A stretch of DNA of 64,000 bases from a virus (Duplodnaviria > Heunggongvirae > Uroviricota > Caudoviricetes), in the IMG/VR virus record IMGVR_UViG_3300027260_000002; one strand, given 5' to 3'. The translations under genes and the position numbers were made by a program. This document shows positions 37,018-46,731 of the stretch, piece by piece. Below the pieces are notes generated by a model. The model saw nothing but the letters and a program-made list of their open reading frames with translations, did not search any database and was not told where the DNA came from. Each line of letters begins with the position of its first letter. Within the stretch, counting starts at the first letter, position 1.

Positions 37018-37226
37018 AAAAGTTTAAAGAAGTACCAGAAGAAGATTCGAACGACAGTTTGATTACCATTATTGCCAACTCTCTCAATAGAGCGAGCAGC
37101 GGCAATAAAGATGATACGCGCGGTCTCCTACTTTTGATCGCCGCGCTGGGACTTCTTAATCTTTCAAAAGACGGGCTTCCTGCAAGCGTTGCAAGAAAAC
37201 TCGCATCAACATCAAATAGAAAATAA
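37014..37226 (+). CDS. hypothetical small protein
   Basis: Has a C-terminal hydrophobic segment LLLLIAALGLLNL. Confidence 0.35.
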   Translation: MKKFKEVPEEDSNDSLITIIANSLNRASSGNKDDTRGLLLLIAALGLLNLSKDGLPASVARKLASTSNRK

Positions 37227-37237
37227 CGGAGATTCTT

Positions 37238-37420
37238 ATGTGGGAAAAAATTAAAAAGTGGTTTGGTTTTCTTGATCTAAACAAAGACGGTAAAGTATCG
37301 GCCGAAGATCTTGAACTTGCTCGTGCTTTGGCTGATAAGAAAGCCAAAGAAGCAAATGAAACTATCAATGCAGTTGTTGAAGCCGCAGAGAAAATTAAGA
37401 AAGTTAGAAAAAAGAAATGA
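37238..37420 (+). CDS. small EF-hand calcium-binding-motif protein
   Basis: DLNKDGKVSAEDLE fits the canonical 12-residue EF-hand loop (D-x-N-x-D-G-x-V-S-x-x-D/E). Confidence 0.45.
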   Translation: MWEKIKKWFGFLDLNKDGKVSAEDLELARALADKKAKEANETINAVVEAAEKIKKVRKKK

Positions 37421-37866
37421 GTCTAATGTCGTTTTTCTCATCACCGCCGATTACTAGTTTCGAGCAACTCGAGCTAGAAAAAGGTAAGATCCAACTAACT
37501 ATCATGAAGATGGTAACACTCGTCTTATCATCTATTATGTTAGCAGTTGTCGGTATCTTTCTGATTGGCCTCTTTTTGCCAAATCACGTGATCGATAATA
37601 ACGAGATCTTTAAGATCATCGGTCCTGCATTCTCTATGATTATTGGTGCCTTTGTCGGTGCATTCGCTACGATGATGGGAATGAAGACCGCAGAATTTGA
37701 TCCGAATGTTAAGACACAAGAACTCGGTAAGACAGATCATAAGCAACTCGCAGAAGCACATGTCATCAACGCACAAGCTGAAACAATTGAAACCGAAAAT
37801 GAAATTAAGATGATGGCAGCTATCGATAAATACAAAGATAGCGACGAGGATTTCGGTCCTTTCTAA
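37417..37866 (+). CDS. membrane protein (holin/antiholin candidate)
   Basis: Two predicted TM segments (VTLVLSSIMLAVVGIFLIGLFL; IIGPAFSMIIGAFVGAFATMMG). Position in the lysis region. Confidence 0.4.
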   Translation: MSLMSFFSSPPITSFEQLELEKGKIQLTIMKMVTLVLSSIMLAVVGIFLIGLFLPNHVIDNNEIFKIIGPAFSMIIGAFVGAFATMMGMKTAEFDPNVKTQELGKTDHKQLAEAHVINAQAETIETENEIKMMAAIDKYKDSDEDFGPF

Positions 37867-37900
37867 ATTATGATTTCGTTAACCTAACGGAGTCGAAGAA

Positions 37901-38140
37901 ATGTTTAAAAAAATAAAAGATCTGATTTTCCAAACATTCACTGGAAAAGATAATAAGACACTTGATCTTGGTAGAATTCTATGGGCCAAAGGCGTAATGC
38001 TTTTCTTTGGTCTATCGATCTACGACATCTATCGTGGTGCAGAATTTGATGCATCGACTTGGGGTGTAGGATTAGGTGCAGTACTCGCAGCAGGCGGTGC
38101 AGCTCTTGCACTCAAAGCTAGTACGGAACCAACAGAATAA
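37901..38140 (+). CDS. small two-TM membrane protein (holin candidate)
   Basis: 79 aa with TM1 ILWAKGVMLFFGLSIY and TM2 GVGLGAVLAAGGAALAL, and a charged C-terminus. Confidence 0.4.
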   Translation: MFKKIKDLIFQTFTGKDNKTLDLGRILWAKGVMLFFGLSIYDIYRGAEFDASTWGVGLGAVLAAGGAALALKASTEPTE

Positions 38141-38622
38141 TGGCAACACCATCGGTCAACAAGTTAGCTGAAGATGTGTCGTATCTAAGTAGAGATATGG
38201 CAGTCGTCAATACGCTTGTTGGCCGTTTGGATACAACCATTGATAAGCTGACTGACATTTCAAGCAGTGTGTCGAATCTTCTTGCTGTGCACGAAACCAA
38301 GTTGACTTCCCAGGAAATCATAAGTAAACAACTATCAGATTTAGTGGAAGCACGCAGAGTGGAAACAGACGACAAGGTCCAGCTATTGCACGAAAGAATT
38401 TCTTCAGGCGAGCGCGAGCTCAAAGAAAGCATCGACGATCAGTACGACGAACTCATGAAAGAAATTAAAGAGATGCGTGCTGAGTCGACAGTACAGCATA
38501 ATACGTTGAGCGATCGAATCACTGCCATGGAAAAATGGATGTGGACAGTCATCGGCGGTGCTGCTATCGTAGGTGGTATTATTACGTTGGTGCCATGGAG
38601 TACAATATTCGGAATTGGATAA
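38140..38622 (+). CDS. coiled-coil protein with C-terminal TM anchor
   Basis: Long heptad-like region then WMWTVIGGAAIVGGIITLVPW. Confidence 0.4.
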   Translation: MATPSVNKLAEDVSYLSRDMAVVNTLVGRLDTTIDKLTDISSSVSNLLAVHETKLTSQEIISKQLSDLVEARRVETDDKVQLLHERISSGERELKESIDDQYDELMKEIKEMRAESTVQHNTLSDRITAMEKWMWTVIGGAAIVGGIITLVPWSTIFGIG

Positions 38623-38625
38623 ATT

Positions 38626-39168
38626 ATGAGACGTGTGATTGATGACTTCTTACCAAGAGGTTATTTTAATGAAATAAAACAGATGATCGAACATCCAGCA
38701 TTTCGCTGGAACTTCTCATCGATACTTCCTGAAGGATATCACGACCAGACTGAAAAAGACTGGTACTTCATGAAGAGAATCTATACAGAAAATGAACACA
38801 TCGAAGATGCATTCGGGTACTGGCAAACGATCAGGCCGATGTTCTATTTCTTTGAAGAAAAACTTAATTTCCTTACAGAACATGTCATCAGTGTGAATGT
38901 CAATAGCATGATGAATCAGGGTCGTAAGCGTGCCCATGGTTGGCACAACGATTGTCCGTATAAGCATTACGTAGCTCTGTTTTATATCAATACTTGTAAT
39001 ACTGCTCCAACATTATTTGAAGATGGATCAGAAGTCGAGCATATCGAGAATCGATTACTGTTCTTTGAAGGCGGAGATCATATTGATAATCGGCACAGTA
39101 CTAATCTTCCATTAGATGTCGAAAGAAGATTAGCGATTAATTTTAATCTTCAAGGCTCTTTATTCTAA
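38626..39168 (+). CDS. 2OG-Fe(II) oxygenase-superfamily-like protein
   Basis: HGWHND (HxD) and downstream His candidates. Weak assignment. Confidence 0.35.
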   Translation: MRRVIDDFLPRGYFNEIKQMIEHPAFRWNFSSILPEGYHDQTEKDWYFMKRIYTENEHIEDAFGYWQTIRPMFYFFEEKLNFLTEHVISVNVNSMMNQGRKRAHGWHNDCPYKHYVALFYINTCNTAPTLFEDGSEVEHIENRLLFFEGGDHIDNRHSTNLPLDVERRLAINFNLQGSLF

Positions 39169-39205
39169 AATAAACATGTACAATAATCACAATCTGTGTA
39201 TAATG
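39168..39205 (+). promoter_or_regulatory. CATGTACA-N16-TATAAT promoter
   Basis: ATGTACA 39176-39182, TATAAT 39199-39204. Confidence 0.45.
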
Positions 39206-39227
39206 AAGTTAACAGATTGGAGTTATA

Positions 39228-40247
39228 ATGCTTTGGATTGAACACAAATACATCAGCCTTCTCTCAGGTCGCCTCGAGAGATTTCAGCGGGTCAACAACA
39301 CGGTCTATCGGTTCCGTTGCCCTATCTGCGGCGACTCAAAGAAAGATCGTCGTAAAACTCGTGGGCATTTGATCGAGAAGGGCGGCAAGGTCCGCTTTTA
39401 TTGTCACAACTGTAGCGCGAGCATGCAGTTCAGATATTTTATGAAAGAGATCGATCCGACTCTTTATCTCGAATACATCAAGGAACAGATGAAAGAATCT
39501 GGTAATCAAAAAGATGTCGAGACTTTTGCCGAGAAAATGAAACCTCCAGTCTTTGTCAAGACCACAGCTCTGTCAAAGATAAAGAAGGTAAGTCAGCTCG
39601 ATCCGAACCATCCTGTCAAGAAGTACGTGGATAGTCGGCAAATCCCTCCGCATTTGCATTATAAGTTATTCTATGCTCCAAAATTTGGCGCGTGGGTCAA
39701 TACTATGATTCCTGACAAGATCAAGATCGGAGAGAAGGACGAACCACGTCTGATCATACCATTTCTTGATAAGGAAAAGAATCTCTTTGGTTTTCAAGGC
39801 AGATCATTCAAGAAAGATGGTGTTCGATATATCACCATCATGCTGGACGATTCGAAACCAAAAGTATTCGGTATGGATACTATCGATGAGGACAAAGATA
39901 TATATTTACTAGAGGGACCGATCGATTCGATGTTCTTGCCAAATGCCATGGCAGCGGCAGGTGGAGATCTTGCTGCACAAGTCGAACAAACCGGTTTACT
40001 TAAAGAGAAAATTGTGGTAGTATTTGATAATGAGCCGAGGCATTCGGATACTATCAAGAGAATGCAGAAGGCGATTGATGCTGGATATCGTGTAGTCATA
40101 TGGCCTTCAGACATCGAGCATAAAGATGTCAACGATATGATTTTAGCTGGCTACACGCCAGAATATATTAAGGATGTTTTAGATGAATGCAATTACTCAG
40201 GACCAACTGCAAAACTACACTTTGCGATATGGAGAAAAGACCGTTGA
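39228..40247 (+). CDS. 61: DNA primase (T4 gp61-like)
   Basis: N-terminal zinc ribbon RCPICGDSKKDRRKTRGHL...CHNC, and Toprim-like YLLEGPIDSMFL. Confidence 0.8.
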   Translation: MLWIEHKYISLLSGRLERFQRVNNTVYRFRCPICGDSKKDRRKTRGHLIEKGGKVRFYCHNCSASMQFRYFMKEIDPTLYLEYIKEQMKESGNQKDVETFAEKMKPPVFVKTTALSKIKKVSQLDPNHPVKKYVDSRQIPPHLHYKLFYAPKFGAWVNTMIPDKIKIGEKDEPRLIIPFLDKEKNLFGFQGRSFKKDGVRYITIMLDDSKPKVFGMDTIDEDKDIYLLEGPIDSMFLPNAMAAAGGDLAAQVEQTGLLKEKIVVVFDNEPRHSDTIKRMQKAIDAGYRVVIWPSDIEHKDVNDMILAGYTPEYIKDVLDECNYSGPTAKLHFAIWRKDR

Positions 40248-40461
40248 AGCGGTGCTAGCTCTACCTGAAGAGAAGCTTACGTGGGTAGTATATAATGCCA
40301 ACATGGTGCAAACCGCAGTAACTCTGATTATTTCATTGCGTGGCATGGATTTCTTTGATGACTACGTGAAGGTTATTTCAAGAGAATGCGGTGACGGAGC
40401 TCAAGGTGCATTGTACTTTGATCCTAACATCTTCAATCTAATAGGAAACGGATATGACTGA
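40183..40461 (+). CDS. hypothetical protein
   Basis: ORF overlapping the primase 3' end by 65 nt, so its start is uncertain. Confidence 0.3.
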   Translation: MNAITQDQLQNYTLRYGEKTVEAVLALPEEKLTWVVYNANMVQTAVTLIISLRGMDFFDDYVKVISRECGDGAQGALYFDPNIFNLIGNGYD

Positions 40462-40726
40462 GTTAGTAGACAACGAGTTTGGGGTCGAGTACGAGCAGAT
40501 CCCGATAAAGAAACTTCGGATCTTCCGAGTTGGCAAGCAGTGGCTTGTCGAGTATCAACGTTATGTTCGTCTTTGGGCGCCATGGGACCATTTCTGGTGG
40601 TACAATGACGGGCAGTATGTAGAGTACTATGATGCCCTTGCTCGTGTGAATGAACTCAAGGCCAACGGCTACGCTAATGTTCCACGGTTCCAAAAGGTGA
40701 AAACGTTCGATGTCTCATCTGAGTGA
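40454..40726 (+). CDS. hypothetical Trp-rich protein
   Basis: ORF. No recognisable motifs. Confidence 0.4.
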   Translation: MTELVDNEFGVEYEQIPIKKLRIFRVGKQWLVEYQRYVRLWAPWDHFWWYNDGQYVEYYDALARVNELKANGYANVPRFQKVKTFDVSSE

Positions 40727-40858
40727 TAATAACATAAGTTATTTTAAGCACATGTTGAGATCATGGCGCTGGGGAGCAATACTGTTTATTCATGGTTTAT
40801 TTCCAAACGTATTTAAGACAACAGTAAGCGATGAAATGTGTAATCATAAGGATTAATA

Positions 40859-40996
40859 ATGCGTGAACCGATTACAAAGATAGATGAATATGAAATGAAA
40901 ACGGCGAGTGGCGATATTTGGATTGTTACTCTTCTTGGTGATAAAGCCACGAATGGTCAACGGTATTGTGAAGCACATATAAAGGGTAAAAAATGA
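40859..40996 (+). CDS. micro-ORF (45 aa)
   Basis: ATG 40859. Stop overlaps the thyX start (ATGA). Confidence 0.3.
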   Translation: MREPITKIDEYEMKTASGDIWIVTLLGDKATNGQRYCEAHIKGKK

Positions 40997-41694
40997 GTGA
41001 AGTAAATCTGGTCGGCCTCACCAAGCCGAGTGCATACACAGAATGCACAACTGCAAACGAACTGATTGCATGGGCTGCTCGAGTATCGAATCCATCGAAT
41101 CAAAACAATACTGCAACAGCACCGAAACTGGTTCAATATCTTATTAAGAACCAACATTGGTCACCTTTGGAGATGGTCCATGTCTCAATGGAAATCAGAA
41201 CGACAAGAGATATCGCTCGACAAATTCTTAGACATCGTTCTTTCATGTTCCAAGAGTACTCTCAGCGTTACGCCGATCCAACGAAAGATCTTGGCTTTGT
41301 TAATCGAGAAGCCAGACTTCAAGATGCCAAGAACAGGCAGAACTCAATCGAAGTTGGCGATAACAAATTACTACAAGAAAATTGGAATATACGACAAGCC
41401 CGAGTAATCAGCGAGTCGTTGTATGCCTATAACTGGGCAATTGAAAATGGTATCGCCAAAGAACAAGCTCGTGCCGTTCTTCCTGAAGGCAATACAGAAT
41501 CGGTCATGATCGTGACTGGCACGCTTCGTTCATGGGTTCACTATTGCCAGTTGCGTATGGATAAGGCAACTCAGAAAGAACATCGTATCATTGCCGAACA
41601 GTGCTGGGATATTATTGCGCACCATTTCCCTGATGTGAAGAAGGCTCTTGACGATATGGCTGCGCAAGCAGAGTTTGAAAGGAAACTACCATGA
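40993..41694 (+). CDS. thyX: flavin-dependent thymidylate synthase ThyX
   Basis: RHRSFMFQEYSQRY ThyX signature (RHRxxxxxxS). Confidence 0.85.
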   Translation: MSEVNLVGLTKPSAYTECTTANELIAWAARVSNPSNQNNTATAPKLVQYLIKNQHWSPLEMVHVSMEIRTTRDIARQILRHRSFMFQEYSQRYADPTKDLGFVNREARLQDAKNRQNSIEVGDNKLLQENWNIRQARVISESLYAYNWAIENGIAKEQARAVLPEGNTESVMIVTGTLRSWVHYCQLRMDKATQKEHRIIAEQCWDIIAHHFPDVKKALDDMAAQAEFERKLP

Positions 41695-41837
41695 TTAATT
41701 GGCTAGTATACAATAAAAATGATATCGTCGTTGCAGACGTTGAGTCTGAAGAAGAAGCCCTCGAAGTTGTACAAGATCTTACAGAAGATCCATGGTGGAA
41801 AGACGAAGCGCCTTATCGAATAGAGATGTTACCATGA
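41691..41837 (+). CDS. micro-ORF (48 aa, acidic)
   Basis: ATGA overlaps at both ends. Confidence 0.3.
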   Translation: MINWLVYNKNDIVVADVESEEEALEVVQDLTEDPWWKDEAPYRIEMLP

Positions 41838-42010
41838 GTCATAGCACCGTAGTGAAAGAAACTGAAGACGGCGAATTGTACATAGAATTATCAGATGAAC
41901 TTATGGAAGCCATGGGTTGGGATATAGATACTGAACTAGTATGGACCGTTTATGACGACGGCAAAATTGGATTAAGAAAGAGAACAGATGATTCAAGTAA
42001 CGAAACGTGA
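41834..42010 (+). CDS. small acidic protein
   Basis: ATG 41834 in the frame of the track ORF. Confidence 0.35.
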   Translation: MSHSTVVKETEDGELYIELSDELMEAMGWDIDTELVWTVYDDGKIGLRKRTDDSSNET

Positions 42011-44255
42011 TGGAACGCGAGAACCACTCGATATTAATAAGTTCCATAAAGTAGCGCTGCATGCGTGTGAAGGTTTAAGCGGCGTTTCTGTTTCAGATCT
42101 TGAAATCAAAACTCATATTCAATTTTATGATAAGATCAAGTCTTCTGATATTCAAGAGACTCTGATCAAGGCAGCTGCTGAACTCATTACAGAAGAACAA
42201 CCTAACTATCAGTATGTTGCTGGTCGTCTAATCAACTATAATCTTCGTAAACAAGTCTACGGCACGTACAATCCTGAACCGCTCTTAAAGCACTATATTC
42301 GTGTACGCGATGAAGGTTATTATGATAAGGAAATGGGCGATGTATATTCTGTAGAAGAGTTCGATGAACTTGAAAAATACATCGACCACGACCGTGATAA
42401 CCTACTGACCTATGCTGCCATGGAACAATTCCGTGGAAAGTATCTCATTCGTAATCGTGTGACGAATAAGTTCTACGAAACGCCACAGATGGCATTCATG
42501 TTGATTGCCATGACACTCTTTCAAAATTACACCACAAATAGAATGAAATGGGTAAAGGACCTTTACGATGCTATCAGTACATTTGACATTAGTCTTCCTA
42601 CTCCTATTATGGCAGGAGTGCGCTCACCTCAACGTCAGTTTAGTTCGTGCGTACTTATCGAAACTGACGACTCGCTGGATTCCATAAATGCAACAGCCTC
42701 CGCAATTGTTAAGTATGTTTCTCAGAAAGCTGGTATTGGTATTGGCGGCGGTCGTATTAGGGCTGTTGGATCTCCTATACGCAATGGCGATGCTTCTCAC
42801 ACTGGTGTTATTCCTTTTTATAAGCATTTCCAGTCAGCTGTTAAATCTTGTAGCCAAGGTGGTGTCCGTGGTGGAGCAGCGACTCTCTATTACCCCCTTT
42901 GGCATTACGAAGTGGAGGATATTCTTGTCCTAAAGAATAATAAGGGCACTGAAGATAACCGTATCCGTCATCTTGATTATGGTGTGCAATTTAATAAGGT
43001 AATGTATGAAAGACTTTTATCTGGAGGTAATATCACCCTCTTCTCACCTAGTGATGTCCCGGATCTCTATGAAGCCTTTTACAAAAGCGCTGAAGACTTT
43101 AGAGAACTCTACGAAAAGTACGAACGTAGTAAGGTTAGAAAGAAAACCATCCCTGCGATTGATCTCTTCTCAGCCTTCGTTACCGAACGAAAAGACACCG
43201 GACGAATCTATCTGATGAACGTAGACCATGCCAACGAGCATGGTTCATTCACCAAAGATACTCCGATCAAGATGAGCAACCTGTGCTGTGAGATTACATT
43301 GCCAACAACACCACTAAAGGATATTCATGATGAAACAGGCGAGATTAGCCTATGCACGCTTGCAGCGATCAATTGGGGAAAGATTAGAAAGCCAGCTGAT
43401 TTCGAAAAGCCATGCACCATTGCAGTACGCGCTTTGGATGCCCTACTTGATTATCAGGACTATCCTGTTCGAGCCGCTGCTATTGGTACTCGGAATCGTA
43501 GGCCTCTTGGTATTGGTATCATTAACTTTGCTTATTGGTTGGCTCGTAATGACACTAATTACTCTGATCCTAACCTTGAGCTTGTTCATGAGTATGCTGA
43601 AGCATGGAGTTATTACCTTATTAAAGCCTCGGTCGACTTGGCTGAAGAAGTAGGTTCTTGCCCTCTTGATTATCAGACAAAGTATGCATATGGTACTATG
43701 CCAATCGATACATACAAAAAAGATGTAGACGAATTGGTCGCTCCTAACTATAAGATGCCATGGAGTGTATTGTCAAGCCGAGCATTGTCATCTGGCATTC
43801 GTAACTCGACTCTCATGGCTCTGATGCCAGCCGAGACTTCTGCTCAGATCAGTAACTCGACCAATGGTATCGAACCACCTCGTGCACTCATCTCGATCAA
43901 GCAATCGAAAGATGGTGTACTGAAGCAAGTTGTTCCAGAGTTAAGACGACTGAAGAATAAATACGAATTACTATGGGATCAAAAGTCTCCAGAAGGTTAT
44001 CTGAAGATTATGGCAGTCCTACAGAAGTTTATCGATCAGGCAATCTCGGTAAACACTTCTTATAATCCTCGTCACTATGAGGATGAGAAGATTCCGATGT
44101 CAGAGATGATTAAACATATTTTGATGCACTACAAGTACGGCGGTAAGACGCTCTACTATTTCAACACCTTCGACGGTGCTGGTGAAATTGAAGAATCTAA
44201 ACCGCTAGCACAAGGGCAACTAGATGATGAGGACTGTGACTCTTGTAAAATCTAA
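41988..44255 (+). CDS. nrdA: ribonucleotide reductase class I alpha subunit NrdA
   Basis: ATP-cone N-terminus VTKRDGTREPLDINKFHKV. Active-site blocks (NLCCEI, PTPIMAG, SSCVLIE). C-terminal CDSCKI redox pair. Confidence 0.95.
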   Translation: MIQVTKRDGTREPLDINKFHKVALHACEGLSGVSVSDLEIKTHIQFYDKIKSSDIQETLIKAAAELITEEQPNYQYVAGRLINYNLRKQVYGTYNPEPLLKHYIRVRDEGYYDKEMGDVYSVEEFDELEKYIDHDRDNLLTYAAMEQFRGKYLIRNRVTNKFYETPQMAFMLIAMTLFQNYTTNRMKWVKDLYDAISTFDISLPTPIMAGVRSPQRQFSSCVLIETDDSLDSINATASAIVKYVSQKAGIGIGGGRIRAVGSPIRNGDASHTGVIPFYKHFQSAVKSCSQGGVRGGAATLYYPLWHYEVEDILVLKNNKGTEDNRIRHLDYGVQFNKVMYERLLSGGNITLFSPSDVPDLYEAFYKSAEDFRELYEKYERSKVRKKTIPAIDLFSAFVTERKDTGRIYLMNVDHANEHGSFTKDTPIKMSNLCCEITLPTTPLKDIHDETGEISLCTLAAINWGKIRKPADFEKPCTIAVRALDALLDYQDYPVRAAAIGTRNRRPLGIGIINFAYWLARNDTNYSDPNLELVHEYAEAWSYYLIKASVDLAEEVGSCPLDYQTKYAYGTMPIDTYKKDVDELVAPNYKMPWSVLSSRALSSGIRNSTLMALMPAETSAQISNSTNGIEPPRALISIKQSKDGVLKQVVPELRRLKNKYELLWDQKSPEGYLKIMAVLQKFIDQAISVNTSYNPRHYEDEKIPMSEMIKHILMHYKYGGKTLYYFNTFDGAGEIEESKPLAQGQLDDEDCDSCKI

Positions 44256-44267
44256 CAGGAGTTTTAA

Positions 44268-44414
44268 ATGGCAAGAAAAGCGCCAGCAGCTGGAGCTGTA
44301 CAACACGTAAAGATCGTAACAGGCACATCACAAGATACAAGACGTCCTAAGTTGTCGTCGATGAATAAGCATAAGAAGAAAAACTTTAAAGCGTATCGTG
44401 GACAAGGTAGATAA
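44268..44414 (+). CDS. micro-ORF, highly basic 48-aa peptide
   Basis: AGGAG RBS. MARKAPAAGAVQHVKIVTGTSQDTRRPKLSSMNKHKKKNFKAYRGQGR. Confidence 0.3.
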   Translation: MARKAPAAGAVQHVKIVTGTSQDTRRPKLSSMNKHKKKNFKAYRGQGR

Positions 44415-44602
44415 TGCAATATATTAAACTAGACAATGACATGTGGGCCGATGCAGGTAAAATTTGGTTTGTTCATAAACATGAAACAAGCCCAAACACA
44501 ACTGCAGTGAAGCTTACGATTGAAGACACCAAAACAGGTGAAATTGAAACACGAACGGTTCCTCAAAACCAAATTGAGTGGCTCGAAGCGAAGGACTGGT
44601 AG
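44414..44602 (+). CDS. hypothetical protein
   Basis: TAATG coupling to the upstream micro-ORF. Confidence 0.4.
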   Translation: MQYIKLDNDMWADAGKIWFVHKHETSPNTTAVKLTIEDTKTGEIETRTVPQNQIEWLEAKDW

Positions 44603-45144
44603 TGCTATATACGGGATCAGGAAATCTTCCGCATCATATCTATTGTTGGGTAGATTCTTCGTTCATTCGTAAAGATGCCAAACCATACACGTTCGAACCA
44701 TGTGTATGGTTTGCACTTCATGCCAAAGCTGGTCATTCTTGGGGATGTCACGTGATGCTCGAATGTGGAGCAGTTTATCGTGGAGTTCCACCTCATGCAC
44801 TGGCATTTCGACCGAATACATCAACTTGGCATCTTGAAGATACACAGTTGTGGGATTGTTACGGCGATCAGTTTTCAGTATTGATATATAATTATCTACA
44901 CAGTCAACAAGCAGAGATTCGAAAGAGCGGCCTTTTTGGCCGTTATCTTTTTACAGTGATTCCAATGCACGATGGATATTCACAAGATCCTTCTCAGTCG
45001 AAGGAATTTATGTTTATTCAATTAGACAATGGCAGACTGACTATCATGCCGACAAACGAACTTCGATTCCATGATAAATCATATACCGAAGGCGATTGGC
45101 CGAAAGATATTAAACTAAACACCAGCACCTGGAGAGTTGAATGA
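44578..45144 (+). CDS. hypothetical protein
   Basis: His/Trp-rich 188-aa ORF lying between nrdA and nrdB. Confidence 0.4.
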   Translation: MARSEGLVVLYTGSGNLPHHIYCWVDSSFIRKDAKPYTFEPCVWFALHAKAGHSWGCHVMLECGAVYRGVPPHALAFRPNTSTWHLEDTQLWDCYGDQFSVLIYNYLHSQQAEIRKSGLFGRYLFTVIPMHDGYSQDPSQSKEFMFIQLDNGRLTIMPTNELRFHDKSYTEGDWPKDIKLNTSTWRVE

Positions 45145-46205
45145 CAGTTTTTTCAAACGAAATGTTTGATGCTACAGAACAGACTTGTTTCTTTGGAAAG
45201 CAAGTCAATATTGCCCGTTACGATAAGCAACGTTACAATATCTTCGAGAAGCTGACAGATAAGCAACTCGGATTTTTTTGGCGGCCAGAAGAAGTAGATC
45301 TGTCAAGAGACGGCAAAGACTTTAAAGGGTTAAGCGACCATGAAAAGCACATCTTTACAAGCAATCTCAAGCGTCAGATTCTTCTTGACTCTGTACAGGG
45401 ACGTGCGCCTAGCTTGGCATTTCTACCGATTTGTTCGCTCCCCGAACTCGAAACCTGGATCCAAACATGGACATTTTCCGAAACGATTCATAGTCGATCC
45501 TACACTCATATCATTCGAAACGTTTATTCAGATCCGTCAAGGGTATTTGACGAGATGCTCGACATCCAAGAAATAGCTGACTGCGCTGCTGATATCAGTA
45601 AGTACTATGATAACTTAATTGCATTCAATAGTGTTATGCGATATAATTATGATCACAAGAAAGCACTATGGCTCTGTCTAAATGCTGTGAATGCTTTAGA
45701 AGGAGTAAGGTTCTATGTCTCGTTTGCATGTAGTTGGGCTTTTGCGGAAGTTAAGAAGATGGAGGGTAACGCCAAGATCATCAAGCTCATCGCGCGGGAC
45801 GAGAACGTTCATCTTGCCTCGACACAACAGCTCCTCAAAATTCTACCGAAAGAGGATCCAGACTTTGCTCGCATACAAGAAGAGACACGAGATGAGTGCA
45901 TCAGCATGTTTCATCGAGTGGTCGAGCAAGAAAAAAGTTGGGCACATTACCTTTTCCAGAACGGTTCGATGATTGGTCTGAACGAAGAACTTCTTTGTAA
46001 CTACGTAGACCATATTGCCGCGAAACGTATGGGCGCAATCGGTCTGAACGGAAAGCCAGGAGCGAATCCTTTGCCATGGACACAGAAGTGGATTTCAGGT
46101 TCTGACGTACAAGTTGCCCCGCAAGAAACAGAAATTACTAGCTATGTGATTGGTGGTGTCAAAAAAGACGTCGACGAAAATACTTTCAAAGGATTTACTT
46201 TATAA
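45141..46205 (+). CDS. nrdB: ribonucleotide reductase class I beta subunit NrdB
   Basis: Di-iron ligands (ETIHSRSYTHII, ...E..H...). C-terminal tail for alpha binding. Confidence 0.9.
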   Translation: MTVFSNEMFDATEQTCFFGKQVNIARYDKQRYNIFEKLTDKQLGFFWRPEEVDLSRDGKDFKGLSDHEKHIFTSNLKRQILLDSVQGRAPSLAFLPICSLPELETWIQTWTFSETIHSRSYTHIIRNVYSDPSRVFDEMLDIQEIADCAADISKYYDNLIAFNSVMRYNYDHKKALWLCLNAVNALEGVRFYVSFACSWAFAEVKKMEGNAKIIKLIARDENVHLASTQQLLKILPKEDPDFARIQEETRDECISMFHRVVEQEKSWAHYLFQNGSMIGLNEELLCNYVDHIAAKRMGAIGLNGKPGANPLPWTQKWISGSDVQVAPQETEITSYVIGGVKKDVDENTFKGFTL

Positions 46206-46552
46206 TGTGTACAGTATCTAATATCGGTGATGGTTATCGGGATAACTTTCCTCCTCGTTGGCGAGGAATTGTTCATCCAAACCCTTGGCCAGCACAACCA
46301 ACAAGTGTTCCATATCCGTCACAACCAGGCATACCAGGATATCCTTTGGTTATTGATACTTCTGGAGTTTCGAAAGAAGAATTCGAAGCACTGAAGAAAG
46401 AGGTTGAGGAACTTAAGCAACTGCTAAAAGCTGCAAAGAAGTTCGACGAAGAAACCGGTCAACCTGATTGCCACATGGATGACAAAGTAGATTTCATTAA
46501 GAAGCTAGCAGAATATGTTGGTGTTGATTTAGAAGACATCTTTAAAAAATAA
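46205..46552 (+). CDS. hypothetical protein (Pro-rich N-terminus, coiled-coil C-terminus)
   Basis: ORF. No recognisable motifs. Confidence 0.4.
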   Translation: MCTVSNIGDGYRDNFPPRWRGIVHPNPWPAQPTSVPYPSQPGIPGYPLVIDTSGVSKEEFEALKKEVEELKQLLKAAKKFDEETGQPDCHMDDKVDFIKKLAEYVGVDLEDIFKK

Positions 46553-46563
46553 GAGGAACTAAG

Positions 46564-46701
46564 ATGGATTGGATAACCTGCCCGTCATGCGACGAGGAAT
46601 TTAAAATAATCACAGAAAACACCGCTCTTCCAGAATACTGTCCATACTGTTCTGCAGAGCTTGATCTTGAAGATCCATTCGAAGAAGAATATGACGAATA
46701 A
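46564..46701 (+). CDS. zinc-ribbon micro-protein (45 aa)
   Basis: CPSCDEE...CPYCSAE. Confidence 0.35.
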   Translation: MDWITCPSCDEEFKIITENTALPEYCPYCSAELDLEDPFEEEYDE

Positions 46702-46731
46702 ATAGATCATTCTCCAAATGGAACGTGATCT

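Noticed and set aside
44255-45141. Possible intron or intein disrupting the nrdA-nrdB region, as in T4 nrdB
   Set aside because: Both NrdA and NrdB read as uninterrupted full-length proteins with intact motifs. The intervening ORFs are separate small genes.
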